A stretch of DNA of 63,492 nt, counting the filler, from Octopus bimaculoides (taxonomy: Eukaryota), in NCBI RefSeq assembly GCF_001194135.2. It is 4 parts of 4 records of this genome, joined end to end, with 100 filler letters (N's around TTAATTAATTAA, not from the genome) between each part and the next. Parts side by side here need not be neighbours in the genome. Positions count along the whole stretch, not along the records: positions 1 to 27,150 come from NC_068981.1; 3 more parts are not named here. The stretch is one strand, 5' to 3'. Below, piece by piece: positions 11,446 to 25,576 of this stretch (the stretch's first letter is position 1; each line of letters opens with the position of its first letter). The translations under genes were made by a program, and so were the position numbers. The notes under the pieces were generated by a model. That model saw only the letters and a program-made list of their open reading frames with translations. It ran no database searches and was not told the DNA's origin.

Positions 11446-14400
11446 CGCCTCGTTTGGTTGTTCTTCCGACCTGCAATTGTGGTCGAAATAGTTTGTGAAA
11501 TGATGAACGGAAATATAGACTGTGGGAAAGGGAAATATACAGAAAATTCGCATTATTTAGGAAGAAAAAAGCCGCCAGAAAATAACGCATTTCATTCCAA
11601 TAGCTTATATAAATAAATGTAAATCAATGATTCAAGTCGTTTATTAATTGACAATGTAACTTTTGTATATGATGATTACAGATTATACATAAAAGCATTC
11701 ATAAATATATGGAAAATTAAATCACTCTTTAATCAACATTTCGAATTTAAAAAATGAAGCAATAAAAAACATTAAATTTCTCATTTATTTGATTTTCGCA
11801 GAATATTTTTCTTGTGACTTCTTTACTTATGATTCTCTTCTCTTGGCTTTTTCCTGCGACGATTTCTGACACATACCTTTTTTTTCTATTAATTTTTCCT
11901 ATGCTCTGTGTACAACATAAACTAGATGAATCCTCGGAAACCGTCATGAACAAGACTTCCGCTTAAACACTAAATCAGATATATCTGGGAAATACAGACA
12001 CTTTGAAAAGCACTTGTTACACAACTGGAGAAGCACCACCTTAAGTTCACTAGAATCACATATATTCACATCACCTGTACTGCTTCACGTTTGACATTCT
12101 TTGCTTTCTCTCTTTTCTCAACTTTCCTCCTATGATTCGGTTACTTTATATTAACTTTCCTTTCCTATATTAAACTTTCTTTTCCGTCCTCTGTTATCCC
12201 TTCTTCCCTTGATAGAGGTTAATTTTCTTTAATCACGTTTTATTTTTCATTTCTCTTCAACTACCATTCTTTTACATTCTCCAGCGACCATAATATTACA
12301 ATTAGATGAAATAATTCAGAGCTATGCTGGAAGTGGATGCTTGAAGAATATTTTTACAAAAAATATATTTGCACGATACCTAGATAAACAATTTATATAC
12401 CGAACCTGCAAAGAAAACGGCAGCCTACACGAAAAATTAACTCGCATTGCTTTAAAAATATAGATATATTTCTCTACATTTTATGTATNNNNNNNNNNNN
12501 NNNNNNNNNNNNNNNNNNNNNNNNNNNNNNNNNNNNNNNNNNNNNNNNNNNNNNNNNNNNNNNNNNNNNNNNNNNNNNNNNNNNNNNNNNNNNNNNNNNN
12601 NNNNNNNNNNNNNNNNNNNNNNNNNNNNNNNNNNNNNNNNNNNNNNNNNNNNNNNNNNNNNNNNNNNNNNNNNNNNNNNNNNNNNNNNNNNNNNNNNNNN
12701 NNNNNNNNNNNNNNNNNNNNNNNNNNNNNNNNNNNNNNNNNNNNNNNNNNNNNNNNNNNNNNNNNNNNNNNNNNNNNNNNNNNNNNNNNNNNNNNNNNNN
12801 NNNNNNNNNNNNNNNNNNNNNNNNNNNNNNNNNNNNNNNNNNNNNNNNNNNNNNNNNNNNNNNNNNNNNNNNNNNNNNNNNNNNNNNNNNNNNNNNNNNN
12901 NNNNNNNNNNNNNNNNNNNNNNNNNNNNNNNNNNNNNNNNNNNNNNNNNNNNNNNNNNNNNNNNNNNNNNNNNNNNNNNNNNNNNNNNNNNNNNNNNNNN
13001 NNNNNNNNNNNNNNNNNNNNNNNNNATATATATGTATGTATGTATGTATCAGTTCTCTGTCTGTCACTCTCTCTCCCTCACTCTTCCTCCCTTGTTCACG
13101 TGGCTCCCACGTGACCATCGGCCATCTTTCTTCTCCTAACTTGTGTTTCTTCCTCTCCGTTGTAGCTGGATCAAGTAAAACGTGTTCTTGTCTGTCTCTT
13201 GTACAAGCTTGATTTGCGCGTTCGCCACTACAACCCCGTTTAGGCTTAGCAGCCTTTCCTGTTTGTTTTCACTGTCCTGTTTGCGTTCCCAATTTTGACC
13301 CGCCACAAAATCCTAAATTTTATTTAATTTGCTTTGCGGGAGCAACTGTTTTATCGAAAGCGTATCTTGTTGTTAAATGCTCGAAATACGAGAGTAGAAA
13401 AAACAGCCGACAACTGATGAATGGTTGTATTTTGTGTTGTTTTTTGTTGTTTTGTACACGTTTCGTGACATCCTGTGCCCACATATGCATATATANNNNN
13501 NNNNNNNNNNNNNNNNNNNNNNNNNNNNNNNNNNNNNNNNNNNNNNNNNNNNNNNNNNNNNNNNNNNNNNNNNNNNNNNNNNNNNNNNNNNNNNNNNNNN
13601 NNNNNNNNNNNNNNNNNNNNNNNNNNNNNNNNNNNNNNNNNNNNNNNNNNNNNNNNNNNNNNNNNNNNNNNNNNNNNNNNNNNNNNNNNNNNNNNNNNNN
13701 NNNNNNNNNNNNNNNNNNNNNNNNNNNNNNNNNNNNNNNNNNNNNNNNNNNNNNNNNNNNNNNNNNNNNNNNNNNNNNNNNNNNNNNNNNNNNNNNNNNN
13801 NNNNNNNNNNNNNNNNNNNNNNNNNNNNNNNNNNNNNNNNNNNNNNNNNNNNNNNNNNNNNNNNNNNNNNNNNNNNNNNNNNNNNNNNNNNNNNNNNNNN
13901 NNNNNNNNNNNNNNNNNNNNNNNNNNNNNNNNNNNNNNNNNNNNNNNNNNNNNNNNNNNNNNNNNNNNNNNNNNNNNNNNNNNNNNNNNNNNNNNNNNNN
14001 NNNNNNNNNNNNNNNNNNNNNNNNNNNNNNNNNNNNNNNNNNNNNNNNNNNNNNNNNNNNNNNNNNNNNNNNNNNNNNNNNNNNNNNNNNNNNNNNNNNN
14101 NNNNNNNNNNNNNNNNNNNNNNNNNNNNNNNNNNNNNNNNNNNNNNNNNNNNNNNNNNNNNNNNNNNNNNNNNNNNNNNNNNNNNNNNNNNNNNNNNNNN
14201 NNNNNNNNNNNNNNNNNNNNNNNNNNNNNNNNNNNNNNNNNNNNNNNNNNNNNNNNNNNNNNNNNNNNNNNNNNNNNNNNNNNNNNNNNNNNNNNNNNNN
14301 NNNNNNNNNNNNNNNNNNNNNNNNNNNNNNNNNNNNNNNNNNNNNNNNNNNNNNNNNNNNNNNNNNNNNNNNNNNNNNNNNNNNNNNNNNNNNNNNNNNN

Positions 14401-14569
14401 NNNNNNNNNNNNNNNNNNNNNNNNNNNNNNNNNNNNNNNNNNNNNNNNNNNNNNNNNNNNNNNNNNNNNNNNNNNNNNNNNNNNTATACATACCAGTCGG
14501 TGAACAGGCACAATCGTTAGCAGCCTTTCGTCTGTCTTTAAGGCTCAAATGCCACAAGAACAAGAAAGA

Positions 14570-14690
14570 TTTCGACTTTCATCCTTCGGGGTCGATAAAA
14601 TACGTAGCCCTGAAGCACTGGGGTCGATGTAATCGATTTTCCCCTCCCCCACTCCGAAACTGCAGACCTTGCGCATATAATAGAAAGCAC
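14570..14690 (+). mobile_element. SINE family B, 3' half
   Basis: TTTCATCCTTCGGGGTCGATAAAA...CTGGGGTCGATGTAATCGA matches the copies at 34867 and 60927. Confidence 0.75.
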
Positions 14691-14992
14691 ACACACGCAC
14701 ACACACGCACACACGCACACACACACACACACGTATATACATACATACACACATACATACATACATACATACATACATACATACATACATACATACATAC
14801 ACACATACGCACACATACACACACGTACATAGACACACACATACACACACATACATACACACACCTACATATCGTTTTGACACCTCAAGTGTCGCACAAA
14901 GCGAGAAACTCTAAGTAGCAATAGCTTGACTCATCAGCTTCCAACAAATGCGTGTGTTTATACGCAGGTGTGTATATTCGTGTGCGTCATTG

Positions 14993-15097
<105 letters not shown>

Positions 15098-15659
15098 GAG
15101 AAGGCGAAGAAGACAGAGAGCTGGGGGAGAGAGTGAAGTGAATGACATTGCGAATGAATTCGTTGATGGTTCTTCATTGGTGACGTGCTTGGTGTCATTA
15201 CCTGGCTATCATAATTAAGTGACAGTTGTTATACGAAGGTTCCTGCGATGTCAACACGTATCGCCATATTCGGTGTCGCTTGCGTTATTGTCTCCACCAC
15301 TACCAATAACAACAGCAACAACAATATCAACCACCAGCTAGTGGCGATGACTCCTATGTGGTCTTTCTCTTTAGCTAGAAATAATATCGAAACTTAGTTA
15401 AAAAACATCTTAAAAGGGAAGACATTCAATGGTGTTCCACCAACAACAAAACCGATTAGCAAACGAGGATGATCTCTCAGTGGTCACTCGACATGCGAAT
15501 AACCTTGTGGTTCGACAAGAGAAAATGATAAAATAAGTAGCAGGCTTTTAAAATATCAGTACTTGAGGCCATTCATTCAACTAAAGCTCTTCAAAGTGGA
15601 GCCCCAGCCTGGCCGCTGTCTAATCACTGAAACAAATAAAAGATCAAAGATCAAAGACA

Positions 15660-15845
15660 ATCGCGTTGCCTTTCCAATGTAAAACTTATTCGTGGCTCTT
15701 TTCAGCTCTTCAGCCACCGATATTACATTCAGTTTCGCCGCAACAGGCTGCCATTTCACAACGTCTGATGCACTCAGATACTGTTTTCCGTAAAGTCTAG
15801 AGTAGTGTTTTGCCCGTCTCTCCATCTTGCCTTTGTCTTTGATAG
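15660..15845 (-). pseudogene. RTE-clade LINE ORF fragment (region just upstream of RT)
   Basis: MERRAKHYSRLY...EELKRATNKFYIGKATR resembles the RTE motif MERW.EHYSELY...EELSKAI..L..GKAPG (recalled consensus). Confidence 0.55.
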
Positions 15846-16184
15846 TTTCACTTAAGGTCTATAGCGATGAGTGTCTTAGCTAGTTTCTTTTTTTATATAC
15901 CGATGGCGTCTCTGAATGCTTTATTCTACAATTTTTCATTTCTACAGTATCCAATACACAAACTTGTTCAGTTACTCAGTGATTCTCAGATAACGATAAA
16001 TTCAGTGAAGTCAAATGCCTCGCTGATGAGGCCATAATAAGACCAGAATATCCCCCGAACTTATCTTCCTAATTTGCTGAGGTAATTAAAATAATATCAT
16101 TAACCGACTAATAATTGTTTTCCTTACCACATAATTATTTCTAATTTTTTAATACTTTCCTTGTATTAATTTATACTTTTATTA

Positions 16185-16670
16185 TTAGTTCGTCCGTCGT
16201 TGTCGACGATGACCAAGGAAACTACATAGGAGAAGAAGACGGGGTGCGGTGTGTCCGGCTCAGGCGAATCAGTCCGATGTGCTCTCAGAAGGCTCTGCCG
16301 CAGGTCGGGCATTGGCGGTCTGTTGGGACTGGTCTGGTGGTCTGGTGGAACTGAAAGCGAGTAGTTGATCCCGGACTTACGTAACTCGCGTTTTCTTTGT
16401 GTCCCTTTGTGCAATCTTGTTCTGTTCATAGGAGGTGGTACTTCTGTTGGTGCAGCTTCAGCAGGTAGGCTGGTCTTGCACTTGCGTTTCCCAGGTGCTG
16501 GAGTTGATGTCAAAGCTCTTCGGTGAGGCTTTGAATGTGTCCTTGAAGTGCCTTCCTGTCCACCTTGCATGTGCTAGCCTTCCGCTATTTTGCTGTAAGA
16601 CAGCCACTAGAGAAGTCGAGTGTCAGGTATTCGAACATGAGGACCTGACCACTTGACTTGCACTCTCCTC
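16185..16670 (-). mobile_element. RTE (BovB-like) LINE 3' end
   Basis: Frameshifted C-terminus QVKWSGPHVRIPDTRL...QGGQ...QCPTCGRAF..HIGLI (C2H2-like), then a 3' hairpin CGTCG-ACAA-CGACG and a (TAA) tail. Confidence 0.8.
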
Positions 16671-16784
16671 GGCAGTGTGTAAATGCATATATTGTAACGT
16701 ATTATACTAATACAAACATAACTAGATCATTATCAATTTAGAATAGTCTACATTAACTACGTAGTAATAAATGAAATAATAAAA

Positions 16785-17100
16785 ACGGAGTGACGACGAC
16801 GTGGATTCGAGTTGATCCGATCAACGGAAGAGTCTGATCGTTAAATTAACATGCAAGTGGCTGAGTACAACGGAGACCACGTACCCTTAATGTAGGTTCT
16901 CAAGGAGATTCAGCATAACACATAATGTGAAAAGACTGACCCTTTGAACTACAGGTATTACTCACCTTTGCCAGCTCAGTGGACTGGAGTAATGGAAAAT
17001 AAAGTGTCTTGCTTAAGGACACAACGCGCCGCCCGGAATCGAACTCATGACCTTCCGATCGGGATCCAAATACCGTAACCACTAAGCCATGCGTCTTCAT
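16785..17100 (-). mobile_element. tRNA-derived SINE: central domain C + tail 1 (RTE-like)
   Basis: Head TGGCTTAGTGG...GAGTTCGATTCC, centre shared with 8883-9124, tail shared with 50775-51158. Confidence 0.85.
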
Positions 17101-17435
17101 AAATGTGATATAACAAACAGAGTCAAAACTGTTTAATCTGTTTAATCTCTCATTGTTGTCTTTTCAGGTTTGATCCGGTGACCTGTGGGTCATGACATCA
17201 AGAACAGAACTGACAATCATAAATAGCGTCAGAGAAAGAAAAACATATTTATTTAACAAAAGCATTCGTTTAACCGACATCCTACTATCGTATTGCAGTG
17301 AAGGAAAAACGGGGTTAACTGAGGGTTGTGTGGAAGTTTACCGGGGGTGGGGGTGGAATTTATCTTGTGATTCGAAAGCCTAATCTCACCAAACAGTATC
17401 ATGATGAATCTGTTTCAACATTGGTTTTAGTGAAG

Positions 17436-18150
17436 AGGGAGTAAGTCAATTACATTGATCCCAGTGCATAACTGGTACTGAGTTTATCGACCCCTAAAGG
17501 ATGAGAAGCAGTGTCGACTTTGTCGGCATTTGAACTCAGAACGTGAAGACGGACGAAATACCGCCAAGCATTTTGTCCGGTGTGCTTATGATTCTTTCTA
17601 CCGGAAGCACAGGGCCTCAGATATAGGGGAAGGGATTAAGTCGATTACATCGACTCCATTGCATAACTGGTACTTATTTAATCGATCCCGAAAGTGGCGC
17701 GCTAACAATTCTGCCAGCTCGCCACCTTAAGGCCATGTAATATTATGATAAAGAAAAAAGGCGGTGAGCTGGCAGAATGGTTAGCACGCCGGACAAAATG
17801 TTTAGCAACAAAGATTTCGTCCGTGTTTGCGTTCAAATTCCACCGAGGTCGACGTTGCTTTTCAGCTTTTCAGGAACGATAAAATGCGGTACCAGTCGAG
17901 TACTGGGTCGATGTAATCGACTGACCCAACCACCTTAAATTTGCTGGCCTTTTGTCAAAATTTGAAACCAGTATTACATGACCTTCAGGCAGCAAGCTGA
18001 CCGTTCGAACGCGGGACAAAATAACGATATTTCTTGCTGTTTTCCGTCCTGAGTTCAAATTCCACTGATGTTGACTTTACTCTTCGTTCTTTCTAATACG
18101 AAATAATAACTTCCAGTTGTGCATTGGGATTGATGTACGCATCTTCCCCT
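17436..18150. mobile_element. Cluster of four SINE family B copies (-,-,+,+)
   Basis: Copies at about 17436-17596(-), 17597-17730(-, internally deleted), 17758-17970(+) and 17985-18150(+). All match the GGCGGCGAGCTGGCAGAA head and/or the GTCGAT.TAATCGAC body. Confidence 0.85.
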
Positions 18151-18245
18151 CNNNNNNNNNNNNNNNNNNNNNNNNNNNNNNNNNNNNNNNNNNNNNNNNN
18201 NNNNNNNNNNNNNNNNNNNNNNNNNNNNNNNNNNNNNNNNNNNNN

Positions 18246-18505
18246 CGGAGGATCGTGGTTTCGATTCCCAGACCGGACGTTGTGAGTGTTTATTGAGCGA
18301 AAGCACCTAAGCTCCACGAGGCTCCAGCAGGGGGCGGTGGCGACCCCTGTTGTACTCTTTCGCCCCAACTTTCTCTCACTCTTTCTTCCTGTTTCTTGAG
18401 TAACGCTGCGATGGACTGGCGTCCCGTCCAGCTGGGGGGAACACATACGCCATAGAAACCGGGAAACCGGGCCCATAAGCCTGGCTAGGCTTTGAAAGGG
18501 GGCGA
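18246..18505 (+). mobile_element. tRNA-derived SINE: central domain D + tail E
   Basis: B-box GGTTTCGATTCCC, centre shared with 50775-51158, tail shared with 8883-9124. The 5' end is lost in the gap. Confidence 0.85.
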
Positions 18506-18982
18506 CGAAAAAAGATTATTGTAAATAATGTCTGAAGAGTAACGAAAATGTCGGCGAAGATAATCTGACATCTGAAGATAATCTTACATGTCTTAAGCAT
18601 GAACGCCATCACTTCCCGCATTCGCTATCAAAATATCTCATGTTCCATTTAGTCATGCATAAGAAAACACCTTACATCCTGTGATGGGGGTTACCTTTCT
18701 ATGACAGACGTTATCAAGGTGTTGACTCCCAAATAAACTTAGAATTGCAAAAGGTCAACAACGGGGTCGAGTGGATTTGGGGTACTTTTGTTCGACGAAG
18801 CTTATAAAAGATTTGCGTGCGTGCGCGCGCATACGTGTGTGTGTGTGTGTATCTGTGTGTGTCTGTGTGTGTAGGAGACCGTGTGTGAACGTATATATAT
18901 GTATGTGTGTGTCAGTGAAAATATAGAGGTATGTATATGACCGCATATATGTGAGAAAGCGTGTAAGTATATATATATATAT

Positions 18983-19023
<41 letters not shown>

Positions 19024-19032
19024 CAGATAGAC

Positions 19033-19077
<45 letters not shown>

Positions 19078-19199
19078 TACATACACACATACATATGCAG
19101 GGTGGGGCAAAATGAGCTAAGCGAAATGGAGAAAAGAATGACAAAAATGTTATTAAACCTACAAATGTATCAGATCATTTTACTTCACTCTGTATATAC

Positions 19200-19302
19200 A
19201 AATACATACATACATACTTCCCGAGGGTTATACTAATGCATCTGTTTGTTGTCTACGCCACTTGTCTTCGTCTTTTGTTTTTTTTCTTTTTTTGTGAATT
19301 CT

Positions 19303-19354
<52 letters not shown>

Positions 19355-19620
19355 TATAAATAATATACAAATATATGCATATATCCATACATATATGTAC
19401 ATACATACATCTATATGCATACATGGGTACAGGACATACAAAAAAAAACGTTGAAACTCAATGAGAAACGAAAACATAAAAACGAAAACATAGAAAACGA
19501 ACTTTTTTCGAACAACGAAAGAAACAAACAGAGAAACGAGACATGCAACATAAGTAGTACACCCCTTCGTCAGTTGTCCCTGTTCCATCTACTCCGCGTT
19601 TTTGCTTGATTTTATCATTT
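19200..19620. repeat. Dispersed microsatellite-containing repeat family H
   Basis: 19360-19500 matches the reverse complement of 26372-26530. The GACGAAGACA.GT.GT motif recurs at about 41368 and 44080. Confidence 0.6.
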
Positions 19621-20772
19621 TCGACTTAATCTTTTATCTTTTACTCNNNNNNNNNNNNNNNNNNNNNNNNNNNNNNNNNNNNNNNNNNNNNNNNNNNNNN
19701 NNNNNNNNNNNNNNNNNNNNNNNNNNNNNNNNNNNNNNNNNNNNNNNNNNNNNNNNNNNNNNNNNNNNNNNNNNNNNNNNNNNNNNNNNNNNNNNNNNNN
19801 NNNNNNNNNNNNNNNNNNNNNNNNNNNNNNNNNNNNNNNNNNNNNNNNNNNNNNNNNNNNNNNNNNNNNNNNNNNNNNNNNNNNNNNNNNNNNNNNNNNN
19901 NNNNNNNNNNNNNNNNNNNNNNNNNNNNNNNNNNNNNNNNNNNNNNNNNNNNNNNNNNNNNNNNNNNNNNNNNNNNNNNNNNNNNNNNNNNNNNNNNNNN
20001 NNNNNNNNNNNNNNNNNNNNNNNNNNNNNNNNNNNNNNNNNNNNNNNNNNNNNNNNNNNNNNNNNNNNNNNNNNNNNNNNNNNNNNNNNNNNNNNNNNNN
20101 NNNNNNNNNNNNNNNNNNNNNNNNNNNNNNNNNNNNNNNNNNNNNNNNNNNNNNNNNNNNNNNNNNNNNNNNNNNNNNNNNNNNNNNNNNNNNNNNNNNN
20201 NNNNNNNNNNNNNNNNNNNNNNNNNNNNNNNNNNNNNNNNNNNNNNNNNNNNNNNNNNNNNNNNNNNNNNNNNNNNNNNNNNNNNNNNNNNNNNNNNNNN
20301 NNNNNNNNNNNNNNNNNNNNNNNNNNNNNNNNNNNNNNNNNNNNNNNNNNNNNNNNNNNNNNNNNNNNNNNNNNNNNNNNNNNNNNNNNNNNNNNNNNNN
20401 NNNNNNNNNNNNNNNNNNNNNNNNNNNNNNNNNNNNNNNNNNNNNNNNNNNNNNNNNNNNNNNNNNNNNNNNNNNNNNNNNNNNNNNNNNNNNNNNNNNN
20501 NNNNNNNNNNNNNNNNNNNNNNNNNNNNNNNNNNNNNNNNNNNNTTTATATATAATATAATCCTAGACGAAAGATGGGAAAAGAGAATGAGAATAAGGGA
20601 ATAAGAGGATGAGGAGGGGAGAGTGGAAGGAATAGAGCCAATTCTAAGAATAAGAAGCCAAACTATTCGCTTAGTTCTTGTTGTGTGATATACTGTATAT
20701 TATATAAATAACCATGATACGATATACAGGCTGCCTGCCAGTCGTCTTAGGTAGAAGAATTACCGCTTATGC

Positions 20773-20819
<47 letters not shown>

Positions 20820-21194
20820 TGTATATGTGCTATATCTGTTGCTAAGCTCCGTTTGGAAATGAGACTGAGAGAGAGAAAGAGAGAGAGGTGGGCAAGAGAG
20901 AGGGAGAGAGTAACGGAATTATGATGTAAGTTAGCGACACCTGAACACAGAAGGACATAGGGATAAAGAGGGAGAATAATATATCGTGAAATCGATATTC
21001 GCTTCGGATATCTGTTGGTGTACTTCAGCGACATCAGCTTACGAATGGATTTGTAGTCAATGGAGTGAGTGAGTGAGTGAGTGAGGGGGGCTTTTTGATT
21101 AGTAAAAAATATATTAATATACATACATACATACATACATATATACATATATATACATATATATACGCACATATATATATACATATATATATGA

Positions 21195-21231
<37 letters not shown>

Positions 21232-21241
21232 NNNNNNNNNN

Positions 21242-21281
<40 letters not shown>

Positions 21282-21709
21282 CCTAACGACAATAACAACA
21301 ACACTAAGAGGATGTGAATATTTCAGGGATTTGGGATAGATAATAGCAATGCTGGAGTAGTAGTAGTGGTGGTGGTAGTGGTAGTGGTTAATAATATTAG
21401 GGATTAACAGTGTTTGTAAAGGTATAAAATAAACGCTGGTTAATATTAATAATGTTCGTATGTTAATGATCTGTGGAGACGGAGGAATAATAAATTGGAT
21501 TTACTTGCAAGCATGAGCGCGCGCGCAGCGTTTGTTGGGGGGGGGGTATGTGTGTGTGGTGGTGGGGTGGATGTGTGTGTGTGTGTGTGTGTGTAAGATG
21601 ATTTAGCTTGTATGTGCAGACATACACACACACACAAACACATTTTTAAATAGATAGATAGATAGATAGATAGATAGATGGATGGATAGATGGACAGACA
21701 GACAGACAA

Positions 21710-21754
<45 letters not shown>

Positions 21755-21827
21755 TAGATAGATAGATAGATAGATAGATGGATGGATAGATGGACAGACA
21801 GACAGACAAATAGACAGACAGACAGAC

Positions 21828-21886
<59 letters not shown>

Positions 21887-22427
21887 GATGGATGGAGGGA
21901 CGGACGGACGGACGGAGAGAGAGAGACAGGCAGACAGACAGAGAAAGAGGGAAATAGATAAATAGACAGACAGATAGATAGATAGACACATAGATAGATA
22001 CATACATACACACACACATACACACACACATACATACTTAACTAGATATAATCAATCTATCTATGAGTGTGTGTATATATTTACTCACACATTCCTATAC
22101 ACACCTTTAATACACCAATGAATACCAACGTGCAAGGGTGCACGCGTGTGTTGGATCTTATCTCTCGCATCGGTTACGCTTGTGAAAGGAAAATCCTTGC
22201 TAATCCTCAGATTTACATTCACGGTAATAACCATCTTTGACGTAGTCGTTGATGAAACGAAACGGTGCTGCAGCAATGTACGTGTGTCCGTGCGTACGTG
22301 TGTCCGTATGCATGTGTGTGTACGTGTGTCTTTGTCCTCTATATCTTTAAACGTGTACGTGAGTGTACATGCCAAATATAATGCATATACACATACATAC
22401 ATACACACATACATATATACATACAAT

Positions 22428-22469
<42 letters not shown>

Positions 22470-22779
22470 NNNNNNNNNNNNNNNNNNNNNNNNNNNNNNN
22501 NNNNNNNNNNNNNNNNNNNNNNNNNNNNNNNNNNNNNNNNNNNNNNNNNNNNNNNNNNNNNNNNNNNNNNNNNNNNNNNNNNNNNNNNNNNNNNNNNNNN
22601 NNNNNNNNNNNNNNNNNNNNNNNNNNNNNNNNNNNNNNNNNNNNNNNNNNNNNNNNNNNNNNNNNNNGTGTATATATACATATATATATGTATGTATGTT
22701 TGTAGATATATATATATGTGTGTATATATATTATAAATAATGTGTATCATATATATTCCCTCATACCTACACACGACGT

Positions 22780-23285
<506 letters not shown>

Positions 23286-24566
23286 ACGTATCTATTATCG
23301 GGTTGTTATTAGCTCTGAATTCTATATTTAGGATGCCAGCGAAATATCTCCAACTTCGCCGTTGTATCCTAGCAGCAAGGATTTTAATCTCTACTTAAAT
23401 CCTCTCTCCTCTGGATTCATTTTCGTTAATTAATTAAAAATCACCAATAATTTGTCTTTTTTAAATCAATGATTGTATCAGAAACAAAATTAAGACATCT
23501 TGAAGCTAAATTTACGTGGATATTTTAACTACACTTTTGTTTGTGTCCATCATATTTTACTAATTTTCACACCGTTCAAAAATGTTATCATTAAATGTTC
23601 AGTCAATATATGAATGACACGGCAAACCTACACAAGTTTGTCCCCCTGCTCCACGCTACTTTGTTTCCTCATAACTTTCAGGAAAATGGACGCTTTTTTA
23701 ATTAAATTTTCTACAAATTCTTTGCAGATGGTATTACGTTTCCGATTAATAGTTCAATGTTTAAAAAAAAAAGAAGTTGATGGGCGCACACACATACATA
23801 CTGACATACATAACACGCACGTACACACGCGCATATAGAGATATATAGAGATATAATAATATAAATAATATATAAATATATGCATATATCCATACATATA
23901 TGTACATACCTGTACATATATGTATGCTTATATTTATGTATCATCTATATTATTATATGATCAAACGCCACGCATCCTTTTCCAAGTATATAGAGANNNN
24001 NNNNNNNNNNNNNNNNNNNNNNNNNNNNNNNNNNNNNNNNNNNNNNNNNNNNNNNNNNNNNNNNNNNNNNNNNNNNNNNNNNNNNNNNNNNNNNNNNNNN
24101 NNNNNNNNNNNNNNNNNNNNNNNNNNNNNNNNNNNNNNNNNNNNNNNNNNNNNNNNNNNNNNNNNNNNNNNNNNNNNNNNNNNNNNNNNNNNNNNNNNNN
24201 NNNNNNNNNNNNNNNNNNNNNNNNNNNNNNNNNNNNNNNNNNNNNNNNNNNNNNNNNNNNNNNNNNNNNNNNNNNNNNNNNNNNNNNNNNNNNNNNNNNN
24301 NNNNNNNNNNNNNNNNNNNNNNNNNNNNNNNNNNNNNNNNNNNNNNNNNNNNNNNNNNNNNNNNNNNNNNNNNNNNNNNNNNNCATATTATAAAATATTA
24401 TAAAATATTAATATTAATATTTTATAATATTTTATAATATGTATTAATCATTCTGGATGTTCCATCGAAATGTTCATAGGTCAATTTCATTATTATTATT
24501 ATTATTATTATTGTAATAAAGTTTTTTCTTTTTCACATTAAATTCCCATTTTATCATAATCTATAC

Positions 24567-24751
24567 CAGCACTCCGCAACCGGTATGCCGCGGCACACTG
24601 GTGTGCTACGAGACGCTGCTAAGTGTGCCGCAGTGTAACCCGTATATAGTTTTTTTCCCAATACTTTTAGTTATATTTTTAGTTCAGGTGTACCGCCGAA
24701 TTTTGAAAAAAAAAATGTGTGCCGCAAGTGAAAGAAGATTGCGGAGGACAG
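24567..24751. mobile_element. hAT (Charlie-like) MITE with 8-bp TSD
   Basis: Imperfect TIRs CAGCACTCCGCAAC / TTGCGGAGGACAG, subterminal GTGTGCCGC motifs, and a perfect 8-bp duplication ATCTATAC at 24559-24566 and 24752-24759. Confidence 0.8.
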
Positions 24752-24779
24752 ATCTATACCAAAAAAAAAAAAAAACAGC

Positions 24780-25200
24780 AATTTTTCTGAAACTTATGAG
24801 AACAAAATCGACTCGTATGAAGCATCCAAAACTCCTACCCCCACCTCCAATAAAAATCTTTGCATCAAATTCTGATATAATCGGAATCTACGCCATCTGA
24901 AAGGGGCATACTTACACATGTGTGCCCCTTCGACTTTGTTTCCTCATAACTTCCAGAAAAAGGGGTGCTTTTTAATGAAATTTTCTACAAGTACGCTTCA
25001 GGTAGTATTGATTCCGGTTATGTTGGAATATGTTGCGAAAAACTATTTTCCATGAGTTTCAGAAAATTCACACGAGTTGGCTTTGTTTCCTCATGACTTT
25101 CAGAAAAATCGATATTTTTTAACGAAATTTTCTACAAATACCTTTCAGAGTGAGTAGATCGGGATTTTATAGGAATTTGATATGAAAATATTTGGTGGGC
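24780..25200. repeat. Cluster of tandem and inverted copies of an about 150-bp unit (CTTTGTTTCCTCAT.ACTT.CAG.AAAA)
   Basis: Direct copies at about 24934, 25081 and 23638; an inverted copy at 24780-24905. Confidence 0.7.
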
Positions 25201-25431
25201 TCGCACAAATACGGTTTGAAACATAGATCTGAAAATTAGAATTTATATATTAAATGCCCAAAGATATATTTAATTTGCAACATAATGGTACTGGGCCAAA
25301 ATTTTGTAAGTCTGAAAATTAGAATTGAACCATTGGATCGGTTATTAGGGGAATGTATCTATGTTGTATTGGGTTGGTGCATTATTATTGCGGCTTTTTT
25401 TGAGCAAATTTGATATATATGCACATACATA

Positions 25432-25483
<52 letters not shown>

Positions 25484-25576
25484 GATACATATATGTATAT
25501 ATAGATATATTCATATATGTATATACATACATATAGTAATAATAATAATGATAATGATAATAATCCTTGGCTGGAT

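Noticed and set aside
11335-11553. Minus ORF with a good acceptor (VYISVHH...LEIAAKF...) as a terminal exon
   Set aside because: Its 3' half is a copy of dispersed repeat family F; no protein family recognised.
9036-14918. Long ORFs (300-630 aa) in the track
   Set aside because: They consist of N gaps and YI/HT/CV microsatellite translations.
22086-22268. Minus-strand candidate exon with cag|...|gtgagt bounds (also 30294-30321 and plus-strand 6176-6236)
   Set aside because: Open in some phase but no recognisable domain and no linkage to other exons; support too weak to list.
24384-24440. Perfect AT-only palindrome (also the short palindrome around (TA)n at 3478-3528)
   Set aside because: Both abut gaps; likely assembly fold-back artefacts.
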